NCBI GenBank assembly: GCA_964016885.1
Contig: OZ024756.1
Location: 41,044,001 to 41,108,000 of the forward strand
DNA length: 64,000 nt
From: Eledone cirrhosa
Lineage: Eukaryota
Direction: 5' to 3'
The notes under the pieces are model-generated. The model was not told the DNA's origin. It saw only the letters and a list, made by a program, of their open reading frames with translations, and ran no database searches. The number at the start of each line of letters is the position of its first letter. The stretch's first letter is position 1. This document shows, piece by piece, positions 27,325 to 41,797 of this stretch. Position numbers and translations under genes: made by a program.

Positions 27325-27795
27325 ATAAGAAACCTAGACTATTCACTGTTTTTTTTTTTATTCATCATTAACGTCATATTTGTTTTACTTTTATGAACAC
27401 AAAAACTCAGGGATATTTTTGTTTGAACAAATAGAATTATCCAACACATTGTGATATGATCCCTTCCATTCATTCAGACAGAGATCATTATGTGATTATT
27501 TTTTTCACTGTGTGAAACCATAGGAACTATTCAGGAATAATTGCATCTATGGAAATAATAGAGATAGAAATTGAATGGCTTCCAAACCAATAAGTCAAAG
27601 AAAACTCAACATAATTGCATTATTATTTTGAAATATATAAGTTAGCCGAAATGGTAGAGTGCCAGACTAAATACCTTATGGTATTTAGGGCTGTTTTATG
27701 TTGTAAGTTCAGATCCTTCCAAACTTCCATTGTTCAGGAATCATTAAAATAAGTCCCATAAATACCACAGAAGAAGGAAGCCTTATGGTCATGTA

Positions 27796-27888
27796 AGTAA
27801 ATGACCCAGGGTTAGGAGATGTTGTATTACAAGCATATCACACAGTAAATGACCCAGGGTTAGGAGATGTTGTATTACAAGCATATCA
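27796..27888. repeat. 45-bp direct duplication
   Basis: agtaaatgacccagggttaggagatgttgtattacaagcatatca occurs twice, 3 bp apart. Similar short duplications lie at ~15214-15285, 35182-35243 and 40216-40348. Confidence 0.9.
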
Positions 27889-28006
27889 ATCCAAGTGTCA
27901 CAATACCACCAGAGAAAATAAAGAACTTGGTTTTTAAATTTGTTTTGCAAGATTCTTGATGTGAAGTCATGTGTTGAAAGAGATATTGTTATACATTGGG
28001 AGAGTC

Positions 28007-28394
28007 ATGCTGCCAATAAAAAGACACACACCAGTTGAGTTTCACTTCAGTTTATTATTACTATAATAACCAGTCCAGTCATTGATTAGTTTAGTTACCA
28101 GGTGGTTGTTTAGTTGTTCATTGTTAATTGTCAAAGGTCTTTAGTCACACATCTTGCGACTTTCTCAATGATTATTCTTGCTCAATTTTTTCTCTTGAAC
28201 AAAATCAGAACAAAGAGGAGACACAGAGGAGCAAGAATAGTCATTGAGAAGGTCACAAGATGTGTGACAAAAGACCTTTGACAATTAACAATTAAACAAC
28301 CATCCGGTTACTAAACTAACTGATGAAGGATTAGTTACTCAACTAATAAACTGAAGTGAAACTCAAGTGATGCCTGTGTTTTTATTAGCAGCAT
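28007..28394. mobile_element. Diverged palindromic element, probably Penelope-derived
   Basis: Arms ~28007-28183 and ~28229-28394 are imperfect reverse complements with a 45-bp spacer. Hammerhead relic CTGATGAAGG-attagtt..aactaat..TGAAAC starts at 28320. Confidence 0.6.
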
Positions 28395-31300
28395 CCCTAC
28401 CAAGTATTAGAATGATAACAATAACAGTAGTAGTGGTGTTAGTTGTGGTGGCAATGGTAGCATGGGTGGTAGTGGTGGTATTGGTGGTGGTGGTTATTCT
28501 ACTGTTGCTAATGATGATGATATATAACTAATAGTTGCCTGAACATGGTTATTATATTTCATGTTAATTAAGTATCACTTTAATTGTATATATTTCATTA
28601 TACTTATTTCTTTACAAACAAACACACAAAAACTTAATTGCTTCAATTCTAATTTGTTTCATTTATTACTGTTAATGTTATAATTGTTGCTAAAAAGAAT
28701 ATTTGCGAAAATTAGAAAATAATGACTATTTTTAATCCAACAATCAGAATTACTTTTGTATCCAACTCAATGACTGACAACATTTTAGCATGCTATGTTA
28801 ATCTCTACTTGGAATGAAACTCCTAACAAACAACTCATATCATCTACATTTCCACATTCCAATAATTGTCAACATTTCAAAGCTAAAAAAAGATGTGATG
28901 CTACTACCATATCATTTTAACTATTGGCTCACCATTTCATTCCTTCACAATATCTATTTAAAAAGATTGCTAAATTTTCACCAGAAATTCTTACTTTACA
29001 AAAACAACTACTACTACCTTTGAACTAAAATGTTTCTTTTCAGTTACAACAGTATGTACATGTGTGTGAGCATGTGTGTGCACAGAAGTGTGGGTGTATA
29101 GATATATATTTTATAAATGTTGATATGTATGTACACATATATATATATATATAGTTATACTTTGGGAATTCTACCCCAAAGAAACTAAATATGTACTTTA
29201 TATTGAATACATGCATTATGTATGCATGTGTTTGAGTGTGTTTGTAATAATGTAAAAAAAACATGTAGGTACATGCATACACAAATTATATCCAAGCCTT
29301 CAATTATATGCACATACATGCACATGCACCCATACACAACACACACACATATATATATACACATATAAATACATATAAATGTATACACACATATATATGT
29401 ATACACACACACCACTTGTATGCAATTTTCAGTGTTTGTAGATTCTATATTCAGATTTACAAATCAGTTTTTTATATCAAATTATGTACGTCAGATTTAG
29501 TAGAACTTTGTATTACAATAGATTGTATGTTGTTGTTGTTGTTACTGACGATATCAAATTGGAAATATCATTAGAACATCGTTTTAGTTCTTTGCATTCT
29601 AAGTTCAAATTCTGCTGAGGTCAACTTTGCCTTTCATCCTCTCGGGGTGGATGAAATAAAGTACCAGTCAAGTATTGGGGTCAATTTAATCAAATTTCCT
29701 CCTGCCCCAAAATTGGGGGGTCCTGAATTAGATCCTATTATCACTGAACCCTCTGGTGAGTTAACCCATATTAATGATACCCTGAATTCAAAGTCTGTAA
29801 AACAGTTTCGGACAGGTCTAATTACTATTCAGAGACTCTTTAGCTTGTCCCTCCCTCTCAGGATTCCTCACAGAGCTGCTACATCATCACGAAATGCTGG
29901 CAATAACAGCCATATCTCCTTCAAATAACGTGCTGCCATCTTAAAAAAAGAAGAGTTCATTGGACAATGTATTTCTATATATACTATGCTTTAAAAAAAT
30001 GGGATGGTCATGTTTTGAGAGTATTTTGACAATATGTCTGCTTAATTAGGGTTGACCGAGGCAATTTACCTCTGTTTTGAGAAAAACATGAACTTCACAC
30101 AATTTCATTTCTCTTTACTTTAAAATCTGTAGTTGTGTATCTAAGTTAGAAATCAATATTATTGTGGGTAATTACTTTTTTCCTGTTTGTCAGAAATAGG
30201 AATTCTAAACTGCCAATTAAGAATACCCCCATCATTGTTCAAATCTCATATGTTCAATATTTATTACTTGTGTCTACACAGTCAGCTGTTTCACCACATT
30301 TAAAAACATGTTATTCTTTAATGCATTAGTTGCCATTATACCAATCATAATCTCTTCACAAAGTGCAGCAAGTAATCAATATTTTTTGAACAAAAAAATA
30401 AAAGATAAATTACTATTAAAATCAATACAAATGAATTCTATAATTTATTAACGTTATAGCATTATAGCAAACTATACTGTGAGCAAGATAAACAAGCTAG
30501 ATTCATTGTCATCCACATTTTGTTCTGCTCTTTAACAGGTTATATTTACTAATAGCAAATACCAACTCAGTCTAAATTTCCAGAACAATCTAATAGTCTA
30601 AATAAAAATCAAACAAAAATTACATCTATCTGTATAAAATTATGTCTATCTGTATAGATATAATTACATCTATTTGTATAGATAAAATTATATCTATCTA
30701 TACAGATAAAATAAATGAATCATGTATTTCTGCTACCTTTCTAGATTATATTTATTTTGTGTTTAGGTAGGATTCTATGAAATATAATTTACAAACTTAC
30801 TTACATATGAAAATATATTATTTATGTAGTCAGTTTTGAGACTACATTTTCCTAATGTCAATTGTTCCGTTAAAGGTTGTTCAGAAATATATGACTTTTT
30901 CATCTAAAATATTCAACACAACATTAATAATATTTATTCTAATATTTCAATACTGCTTATAGATATCAACTATTCTATTACACATAATATTTTCAAAATT
31001 TGTTGACTCAAGATAATATAGCTTTACACAAATAAAGCCACAATAACAAACAAAATGATACATAGAATATCAAGGAAGGGGCATTAGAGATTATATACAA
31101 TGTATTTGGAATTGAGAAATACTCTACTATGTGTGGAATTCTTACTGATTTCTACCATCTGGAAGTAATGTTAACTTCAAAAAAAAAAGTAAAAACCCTA
31201 TTTATGTTATTTACATCACCTCCAAAACTATTCACTGCTGCTTTTGGAAAATAAACATCAAATAGCCTCTACAAGATCTACCACCCACCACTAACACCAA

Positions 31301-31734
31301 AAGGGACTACAGTTGCTCCATTCAATATTATTGGTTTTTATCAGACTAGAACAAATATATGAAAGGTTGTTTGGGAATGAATGATGGGTTATTTTCACAA
31401 AGAAACTATTCTAATAGGAGCAAGGATTTTTTTCTTAAAATTCTGCTACAAGAAATTACATTCTTTAAAACAAACAGACAGTGTTTTAAAAATAATTTCT
31501 ATAAAAGAATTTCCCATTTCCTCCCTTATAAATAAATCTAAATAAAACACACAATTACAGCTCTATTAAAAGCAGACTTCTTTATCTCTCTAATTAAAAA
31601 AAATAATCATTGAATTAAAATATGAATATTTATTCACAACACAGTATATATCAGAAAATCTAAGATAGATTTAATGTAGGCATAACTGCAGTTTATAAGC
31701 CTCATTGTGAAAATTTAAACAAATGTGAAAAACA

Positions 31735-32054
31735 TTCTGTTATCTCTTTGTACACAGAAAAAACATGAGAGGTTTCCTATACATGTTTCATTGCTAATTG
31801 GCCATTCCTCAGTAGACACGTACCCTAACCCTTTTGTTCAATAAGAGAGCTAGAGTTAAATGCAAATGCTAGTATATAATGCAAATTAGACTGGTCATCT
31901 TAGTCAAACCTAAGTCTGTGTTTGATATAGTGTTTTACTATATCTTTGTGGACAAAAATATAAGGATATGTGTCTACAGGTGAACAACCAATTAGCTGTG
32001 AAACATGTTCAACCAATGTCTTGTTTGTCTGTGTACAAAGAGATTATAAGAATA
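31735..32054. mobile_element. Old inverted-repeat element carrying a hammerhead
   Basis: 31735-31819 and 31970-32054 are degenerate reverse complements (gtgtctac...ccaattagc..tgaaacatgt...tctgtgtacaaagagat). Confidence 0.55.
31776..31816 (-). ncRNA. Partly decayed minimal hammerhead ribozyme
   Basis: Minus strand reads tcta-CTGAGGA-atggccaattagcaat-GAAA-catgt-a-tagg, with palindromic stem III ACATGT and a mismatched stem II. Confidence 0.55.
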
Positions 32055-32699
32055 CTTTTTTTTATACCAGCTGTAGAATATTTAGCCATAGAAACCTGCC
32101 AAACAAAGGGTCAGGAAGACTCTTGTTGTGTCAAAGACATGACAACCTTCCTAGTGTTGGTGATTTACATGATAAAAACACCCAGTACACTGTGTAAAGT
32201 GGTTGGTGATAGGAGGGGCATCCAGCTATAGAAACCTGCCAAACAAGGGGTCAAAAGTACTCTTCACCTTTGTCAGAGGTATGACAACCTCCCTGGTACA
32301 GTTGTCATGATAAGATGCATTCAGTAATGTGCGGGATCAAATGTGAGTGAGTTGCAGGCCACCAGCCTATCTGAGCACTCAGTAAAGTGCAAGAATGTAG
32401 GCTCTGGGGTTTAGTCAGCTGATAACCTTTTCAATCCTTGCTAACAGGAAAAGAGAATGTTAAGCAATGGTGATGAATGTAATAATGATAATGATGATAA
32501 TGAGTTTTGTAAACTGTAATTATAACTACATTAAATTTATTTTGAATATTCTTTTAATGTTATAGAAACCAAGTTAAACAACAATATGGTCATCAACACC
32601 TCCATCTTCTCAAATAACTTTATTCATGGTTTTTGTCTCCGTGCTAGGTTGGAGAGCTGGAAATATTTCTCATACCTTACTTCTTATTAATTTCCTCTG

Positions 32700-32791
32700 G
32701 TTAACTTTGCCTTTCATCCTTACGGGGTCGATAAAATAAAGTACCAGTAATACACTGGGTAATTGCTGGCCTTGTGCCTAACGTAGAAACA
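32700..32791 (+). mobile_element. 5'-truncated SINE (family A)
   Basis: 3' half of family A. 14-bp TSD attaatttyctctg with one mismatch. Confidence 0.85.
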
Positions 32792-35700
32792 ATTAATTTT
32801 CTCTGATAATTCTTTCCATTTTAAATATATTCAAACATCCAGCTAAACTTGACTATGACTACTATTCCCTACCAATCAACACTAACAGACCATAGATTTC
32901 TTTACATGTCAATACCTCCCACAAGTAGCTTCTCTTCTATCTCAACATTGCAATACAACAAATATCTTTTCATTCCTTTCTAGCCTTTTCAATTCTTTCA
33001 TTTTCCCTGACTGTGTTCTGCAGTGTTTAAAAAAAATCACATTTTTCATACATGCTTTGCTATATATTTCAGTCAATAACAGTAAAATTTCTCCAAACTT
33101 CCTATAGCTACATTGATCTTTAGCACCAATACTGATTATATCAACACAAAAGCAGAACATATAGAGCCTTTTTTTACATAACAAAATATATCTGTTTTCA
33201 TTTATTTTAATTGCATGCTCTAAGAATTCACAACCTACAATGAATATATTGGTTTACTAACAGTTTGTCTTAGAATCCTCTATATTTCATTTACTCAGAT
33301 TTCTGCCAACATTCTATTGGGAAACTATTCTTTTCCTGAGTAATGCAATGCTACAACTAACTGTATTTGGATTATGTATGTAGGTCAGTCATGTTCACTC
33401 ATAATTCCCTGCTTCCAAGTTTTAGACTTCTATAGATATTGGATTCTATAAAAAAAAATCTGCCTATTTGCATATAAGAACTCCCACGAGGAACCCACTG
33501 CTGAATTCCACTATTAGTTCTTGGAGAACAGAACACTGAACATCTGTAAATATTTATATGGTTACTACATTCATTATAAGCTGGAATTTTAAATAAAGAT
33601 ATATTCATATATTCAAACCTCTTAACATAGTTTGAATACTGATAGTAAGATTTCTTCAAACAACAAATAACATGAATAGCTAATCGGGATGCATAGGGAG
33701 TTTTCTTTATTAAAGTAAGAGGTTCAAAACCAAGGTTAGAAAAGATATCTTGAAAATGTCTCTTCTATAATACAACAACCTGTTGTTTATTTTTATGTTA
33801 ACTACCTAATTTTACACACAACTTTATATATATATAAAGTGGTCATGCTATAATGCACTCGGTAGAGCACAAGATCATGTGTAAATGACAATCAGGTCCT
33901 CTGCCCCTTTGAAGGGTTAGTAACCCCATTAGACCCATCCAACGCTTGCTAGCAGGGAAAACAGACAGTAAATGATGATGAGGATTATTATACACACATA
34001 CACATATATATAGACATACACATATTTTATTTTTCCAGATCTCAACTTTTCACAAATAAATTTCAGTTAGTTGCCACTTCAACTGGAAAGCAAATTATTT
34101 TAAAATAGCTGATACAGCATAATTTAAGCAATTCTAATATTCATAAAAATTATGATCCCTTTCCATTCTGAAATCTAGTAATGAGCTTCTGTAACAAAAC
34201 CTGCAGAGAAGATTAATTTTCAATACTTTAAATTTTTTAAAGTGGTTAGAGATGAAAACCTACCCTGCCATGTAAATAGGACGAATTGAGAATTGAAAGG
34301 ATGGTAATATGGAGGCTGAGGCATATATTTACATTCAGGACACCCCACCCATTATTTATTTCTTAAGTCTGTATGTACTGATTTGGTTCCTTATCTGAAT
34401 CCCTCTCAAACACCATCACCCCCTCCCATATTCACTGCTTACATGACTGGCTATAGCTCACGATCTGTAAGACTCCACCTATGAATATACTTCTCTCCCC
34501 TACCATAACCCTTATGAGCTGCTAGCCTATACTCCCTCTCCTCAAGGCCTCCTATCAACATCCACCACCCAACACAAGGGTGGGCTGCCCCCCCCCTTCT
34601 CACACACATTTCTCGTCCTTTTCTCTCACAGCAACAAACAACTAGCTACCATTGCTCCCAGCACAGGGCCTCTTCTGTCACACACTCACCCTCTTCATCC
34701 CCTCTTACCTTGTTGAGGACACAACCACCTTTATTTAGTGCTATGATAAAATGCACATAGTAGAGTTAAGGATTTGGCATCAGGAAAGACATCCATCTAT
34801 AGAAACCATACCAAAAATGGAACCTATGAGCAAGACATGGTTTCCCAACCCATTTAGTCTTGGACCATGAGAACCTGTCCAACCCATGCCAGCAAAGATA
34901 ACAGATATAAAATGATAATGATATTGTCTACTTAAATCTTCAAACTTAATGAATCACATTTTTAAGAAGTTTCTAGCTTTGGATTTTCTTTTGAAATATT
35001 TTAAATGATAAAAAAACTGATAAAATGTTTTCTTTCACAACCATTTTGGGGGGAAAAGAAAGAAGAAAGAATTGACTTATATCAAAGCAATATCTGGAAG
35101 TTATGTCTTTTATGAAATATGCTAACTTATATAGCACATTCCCTCAGAACTATCAGCTTTTAATCTCTCTTTTACTGCATGACCTCAAATATTAAAGGTA
35201 TATATCTACATATCCTCAAATATTAAAGGTATATATCTACATATATTTAGAATGCTTATAATGCAGCTATGATATCTAAAACAGATGTTATCTCTGAACT
35301 ATAAAATATCATCATCATTATTATTGATATTATTATTATTATTACTACCATTATTGTTATATTTTGACACAAACAGACATTGTCAAATTATTCTGACAAA
35401 ATCGGTTTATTACCAAGTTTGACTGAATATTTTGCAAACAGGGGACTTCAGAATGCATAGACGTCTATTCCAATACCTGGAGTAGACAAGGGTTCTGTGT
35501 TTTAAACATTTAAAGATTTTCCTGGAAAACTAATGGGGCCAATGGAAAAGTAGAAAAATAAATATGAAGACAAAAATGAATTCTAATCATACAAGGAAGA
35601 TAGAAAATAAGATTTGAAACATATGCTCAATGAACTGATATCCAGATAATCTTCTAATATGAAGATACATGTAATAGCTTTTGAATATCACAAATAATAA

Positions 35701-37754
35701 AAATAAAAATAATATCAGTTTATAAAAACAAAATGTCCAGAAAAGGGAAATATTAGTTACAGAACAAGAAATATGATAGCCACTATTGATAAGAATAATG
35801 ATATTAACTACAAGCATTAGATGCTGACCAAACAAATAAGGACATTTGTTGCAAGAAGAAAAACAAACAAAAATATCAAAATTCAAATAGAAAATGCAGT
35901 ATCAGTTTAAATTTCAGGAGAAATGACTCTTGATTAATCAGTATATCTCTATTAAGGACTGTTTCCATTTGTTTCTATCCTGCATAAACAATATGTCTTG
36001 CAGCTCAGCAGTTCAATGAGTGAAAATCAGTGGGATTAGTATGATACTTTACTTGTTTTAAAGTTCCATACTTGAAAACAAGCAAGGTTGACATAAGGAA
36101 GGACACCCAACAGTAGAATACTGTCTCAAAAAAGTCTCATCTAACCCATATCAGTATGAAGAAGTAAATGTAAAAATACATTAAACAGTGTGTCATATCA
36201 TGTAACTGGTGATATGATGTCTCTATACTACAGTAAACTTAAATCAGTACAGACATGCAACCCATTAGTATAAATAGCAGGAGAATTGTATAAATGACAG
36301 TTTTCTTTAGTTTGCACTGATTTCTTCCATGGAACTACAATAAAATTGGCATTCCTATCCAGGAACTCAACAATTTTTTGTAATGAGAGCTGAGATAATC
36401 TTCGGCTGACATCATCAAGCAAGCAAGATGCCTATTAAAAGAGGCTGTTTACGCAAGTCTTTGAATCTGTGAAGTGAAAGATTCACTCAAATTAGATCCA
36501 ATCTCTCCTCTTCAATCCAACCCATTCTTCTGTATCAGTATCCCAGATATTTCCTATCTTAGTTATGTGTTGATCAAATTATAAGAATTGACTGAATGAA
36601 TCATTCATTCTCACTACATATCCATAAAACCGCTTGCTTTTCCCTTGATGCCTTTCATTTCCAACTTAATTAACAATGAACAATATAATAATTTGCTTTT
36701 TATTTCCATTTTATTTAATTAAATGGCTTTTCATCTAGATTAATTTATCAGTGAAAGGCATTGCTACATTCTGAAGAATGTTGTTTCACAGTATTGTTTG
36801 ACTACACAATAAAACCAAGACTGAATTTCAATGTAAGCGACCAGCATGTTTTTAATAGAAAGATGACAGCATCACAGTGAAGATCTTTTAAAATAGCAGT
36901 CGATAATATGAAGCAAATAGTAATTCCCACAACAAATAAAAACCTTATATCAAGGAACGACTCTTTTTTATTGAAATGTTTACACCCAGTTTAAAACATG
37001 CTTGAGAGGAACAATCTTGTTTGGGTTATTTTTATTCTTTTCTTTTTTTTTATGTTTTAGATTAGGTATTTGCAGTGGTACAACTAAATGAAATACAATT
37101 TATTAAGGTTACTTTTTTTTTTCAATGTTAATCAATATCTTAAAAGTTCAAGCAATATGAAGAACCAGATAGTATATAGTCAGTACACCCCCAGTGATTT
37201 AATTTCAAAAGCACAAACGATATTGTGCATGATAGAATAATGGCTTATTTCCTCTCCACAAAATATATTGGATTTTCTTCATTCTTTTCAGTTGTTAAAC
37301 AATGATTTGTATATTTACTTGAGAAAAGGTCAGTATAGAGTGATTAGAAGAACAGCCACCCATTACAATTCACAGAGAACAATCATTGAGAAACCTCATT
37401 GTTAATAGAATCAAATGTACACAATGGTTAAACAAATAATGTCACAATACTTCATTAGAAACTCATCTAATTGTTCATGTTTTGAATTCTAATTTGAATA
37501 GATTTATAACATTTTATTTTACTAGGCACAAGTTATACAATTCACAGGGCAGGGAAAACAGTGTTGTGGTGTTTATGCTTTTCCCAAGAGGTTTAACAAG
37601 ATAAGTAGAGTAGAGTGAACTATCTTCCATACGCATATGGAATATTTCAAGCTGCTAAGTGTACTTTCTGTACAGAGTCCATATTTAACACCAAAGGTTA
37701 GATTTGATATTAAAATAACTTTGTAGACATTCAACTTTTTAATCATGTGATGTC

Positions 37755-38160
37755 CCCCAGGTGTTGTAACCAGCTCATGGTAGTGAGATTAAGGTGTGTA
37801 AGGTCCATATTCTTAAGTGGTCAGTGATCTGGGTACACAGTATATGTTCAGCAGTCTGCTCTGGCAAGCCACACTGACGGGCTGTTGGACACAGCCCCTA
37901 GTGGTGCATGGACACCCACTCCCTCTGAGAGAGGTTAGCACCTGGAGGGAGGGCTGTATTGTGGTTGGCATTCAGTTGGGCAGATCAAGATGTCTGTTGC
38001 CAGCTAGCTCTTCACATCTGGAGCATGCTGAAATCTGAGTCTCACAGATTTGTGTGATGAGAGAAAGGGTAGTGTGACATCAAGCGATGTTAGCCCAGTA
38101 ACTGAGAATCCTCAGCAATGTTGTGAAGTGGATGACTTGGGTCTATTGAGGCTTTGGTTA
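37755..38160 (-). mobile_element. Vingi/Ingi-like LINE 3' relic
   Basis: Minus strand with lesions: LPPGANLSQREWV...MHH*GLCPT..QCGLPEQTAEHIL...MSWLQHL. Matches the C-terminal zinc-knuckle region of Ingi/Vingi ORFs. Confidence 0.6.
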
Positions 38161-39489
38161 CCAACCTGTGTTTGTAATGCTCTCTATGAAGAGGTTCAGA
38201 AGAAATGAAAACTGATCACTATCTTGATCAGATGAACAACAACTTGAGACAATAGCAGAAAATCAACAGTACACTTATGTATTTTGTACACGTCTTTTAA
38301 TAGCTTGATGTGATGATGGTTCAGCATTTGGGCGAGAGTTGTAACAGGCCTTGATGATTTTCTCACCTAAGAAGCCATCAGATGATCTTACACAATATTT
38401 TAGATGATGAAAGATTTAAAAGAATTTTGCTTAGATCCTGGCTAAGAATTTTCATTTTTGTAGTTGCTGCTGTTTATTTTATTATTGTTCAAATAATGTT
38501 CAAATAATAGATACATTGATTATAAATATATCCTGGACTTAATAAGAAATCAAATCTTTTAGCTTTAGAAGAAATAGAAATTTGTTTATCATTAAAATAG
38601 ATACTTTCAGTAGCAAATGTCATATTTCTAAGAGAAAAAGAAATGCTATTTCAGATCACATGACATTTAATTTGGTACAACAATTGTATTGTTAATCTGA
38701 GATGTTTGTACTGAGAGGGAATATGGAATATATATTCAGGAGCTAATCACTGTCACTATTAAAAACAAGGCTTTTCTTATGTAACTAAATGTAATGTTAA
38801 CAATGACCAGTCTCAATAGCTATGCTTAGAAGTCAACTGCTTGAGTATGGCTTTTAGTCAAAAGGTGAGACAGTCTGAACAAATATACCCCACCCCCAAT
38901 ACTTAGATTATACAAGTCTTAATTTAATGTCAGGAATTTATCACCAAACACAATGAAATAGAGAGACAGATGATTGCTTACATTCCTATACACAAGCAAC
39001 AAAGTCTCACAACTCTAATTAATTTTATATACTACTTCTAGTTTAGAATAGGGACACAATATCCCTGTAAGATAGTAAGAAATGACTATAAGGGTTGGTG
39101 TCAGGAAGGGCATGTGGCTGTAAATATTGCCTCAGGAAGTCCTGTCCAACCCCTACCAATATGGAAAAGTCAACATAAAAACGATGATGCTGTTAAATAT
39201 ATTATCAATATGACACCACCTGTAGCTGGTTTAGAATAGATATACCATATTCCTAAATAGGAAGTGAATAAAAAGGGTTGGTGTCAGGAAAGGCATCCAA
39301 CTGTAAAACATTGCCTCAAAAAGTCCCATCGAACCCATGCTAGTATGAAAACGTCAACAAAAAAACAACAAGGACAATTATGTCTTCTGAGGATATAAAC
39401 AATTTCATATGACAGATTCATAAAGACAATGACTTACAATAGGAAATCAAATAATTGACAGAACTGTAGACAATTTGGGGTGGTGGTAA

Positions 39490-39695
39490 GGGTGCTGGAT
39501 TGGCAGAATTGGTAAACGATTGAATATAATGACATTACAGTTGTTGTTTGGACACTTTACATTCAGAGTTCAAATCCTGCCAAAGTCATTTTGCTTTTTA
39601 TACTTCCAAGGTCAATAAAATAAAGTACCAGTCAAATACTGGGGTTGATTTAATCAATTTTACCATTCCCTGGCCTTGTGTCTAAATCAAAAATC
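39490..39695 (+). mobile_element. Older diverged relative of SINE family A
   Basis: Same head, B box and central domain plus an internal gttgatttaatc segment. Similar old copies lie near 11300-11455, 18585-18730, 29590-29720, 44425-44565, 50875-51025, 53180-53345 and 57968-58160. Confidence 0.75.
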
Positions 39696-41437
39696 AATTT
39701 GGGGTGGTGGGAGATAGTTTCTTGCTTTCCTAAGCAACTTTTGGAGAAAAGATTGACTACTTCAAAATAACAAGGATATACACAGGCTAAAGTACACATC
39801 ATTTAAGGTTAACATTCTTGGAATATCATTTCTAAGTTAGAAATCAAATTACATAATCTTTCAACAACATTTTTTTAAAGTTTACACCTAACATTCTTTT
39901 ATTAAATTAGAAATTAAAATTTTGGAATGATGTAAAGAATATTTATATTTCCATTTCCATACAGAAGCGATAAACATTAACTTTCAAAACCGAATTTTTC
40001 ATTGGAAAAATGTCTATTTAATGCTGTCTAACTTCTTATATATAGCTCTTGTTCAAGATATGTGTAAAGCAATTATAATTTAGTTTTGCAGAAATATCAT
40101 TATACCATTGGTCATTGTGAAGACTGTAATACTATGATTTGATGTACATGTGGGACGTTACAGGCAAGAAACCATTCAGGAGAAGAATGAAAAGGAGAGA
40201 CACTTTTATTCTATTGCTATTTAAAGGTGCTAATGTGAAACATAACAATATACCACCTGAAGCTGACCATATAATTATTCTGTAGCTATTTAAAGGTGCT
40301 AACATAAAACATGACAATATACCACCTGCAGATGGCAATATAATAATCTGAATAAAACATATCAAATACGATGTTAAAATTCAGAACAATTTTTCTACTG
40401 TAGGAGAGGAAAATTATGTGAAATGTTATCTGATAAGAAAAATAAATTTCACTCATCTTCAACATTTGCCACAAAAAAAGTCCTGAGGATTATACCATTT
40501 ACTTTGATTTTATCTCTCAGGGAACTTGATAAATAAATGTGTTATGAAAGCAGAAAAGTGTTTTCCCTATTTAATATTTGACCTCAGAATATAAAAAATA
40601 TTTCACAGAATGTTTATAATTCTTGCCATGAAATAGCTTTCTGCTTTTTTAACTGCCATTTTAATCCAGAATGATTTACAGTTAAAATAATTAGATCTGT
40701 TAACATCTATTTTGCACATCCACCTTTTATTGTGATTTCATCATAGATTTTATGTCTTAATATAGTATTTTAGTAATCTGTGCTAAATACCTAATATATA
40801 GATTAGGAGAATATACATGTGCATGATAGAGAACAAAATAGCAACTGCAAATTTGATGCAAATGGGTCCCCTCATAGCAACTGGCCCATCTGCCACCCAC
40901 CCTAGTCTGGTCTGATGATCACTAAAATCAATATAAAATAAGGTAACCAGAAGAAATATTTGGAAAATTATAAGTTACAAATACATAAAAATATTAAATG
41001 AAACGTGTGGTATGCATTACAAAAATTGTAATTAGAATTTTTAAAAGAGCTATTACATTTGAAGAATTAAAAAAAAAAAAAAAGGCTAAAGACAGCTATA
41101 AAAAGGGTTAGAATCTTACAGTATTGCCTAGAAGAAGTTTGTATATTATCTTAACAAAATAGAGGTTTTCATTAAATTAGTTCTGATATACTATTCTCGT
41201 CACGCCAGTTTTATAAAGAAAAAAGATATTTCTGGTGAAAGGCACTCTAAGAAGTTTAATTGAAATATCTAAACAATATCAACTACCGCAGAACATATAA
41301 AATTACAGAAATTTTTTAGTTAAAGTACACGTGATTTAGCTTTAGCATTCTTGGAATCTTGCTACTAAAATGAAAACGTTGAATGTTTAATCTCACTATT
41401 AAGATGAAAAGCTAAAATATTTAATCTCCTAACCCCC

Positions 41438-41468
<31 letters not shown>

Positions 41469-41754
41469 CTCTTTTGCTTTTCAGAATTTACAATCTACTG
41501 AATTTAAAATATAAAATTAAAAACTTAGCATATTATATATGAAATATGTGTAAGTAGATGTTGCTATGCATGATATATGTAATTATCAGAATGCTAAGAA
41601 ATAGGATATCATTATAAATTATACTTCTTCCAATATCTCAAGCTGGCAACTATGTAGAAATTATAAGCATGGAAAATAGTAACCAAACATTGAAAAGAAA
41701 TCAAATAATTCAGATCTAAAAAAATCATTATAATATATATATATATATACATAT

Positions 41755-41797
<43 letters not shown>

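Noticed and set aside
32914-33540. Minus-strand acceptor-like sites near 33028 and 33543 as SPA17 exon 3
   Set aside because: Frames hit stops or lack a convincing donor, and show no Sp17-like sequence.
36590-36660. KRFYGYVVRMND on the minus strand, resembling a LINE C-terminal motif
   Set aside because: Too short and decayed to call with confidence.
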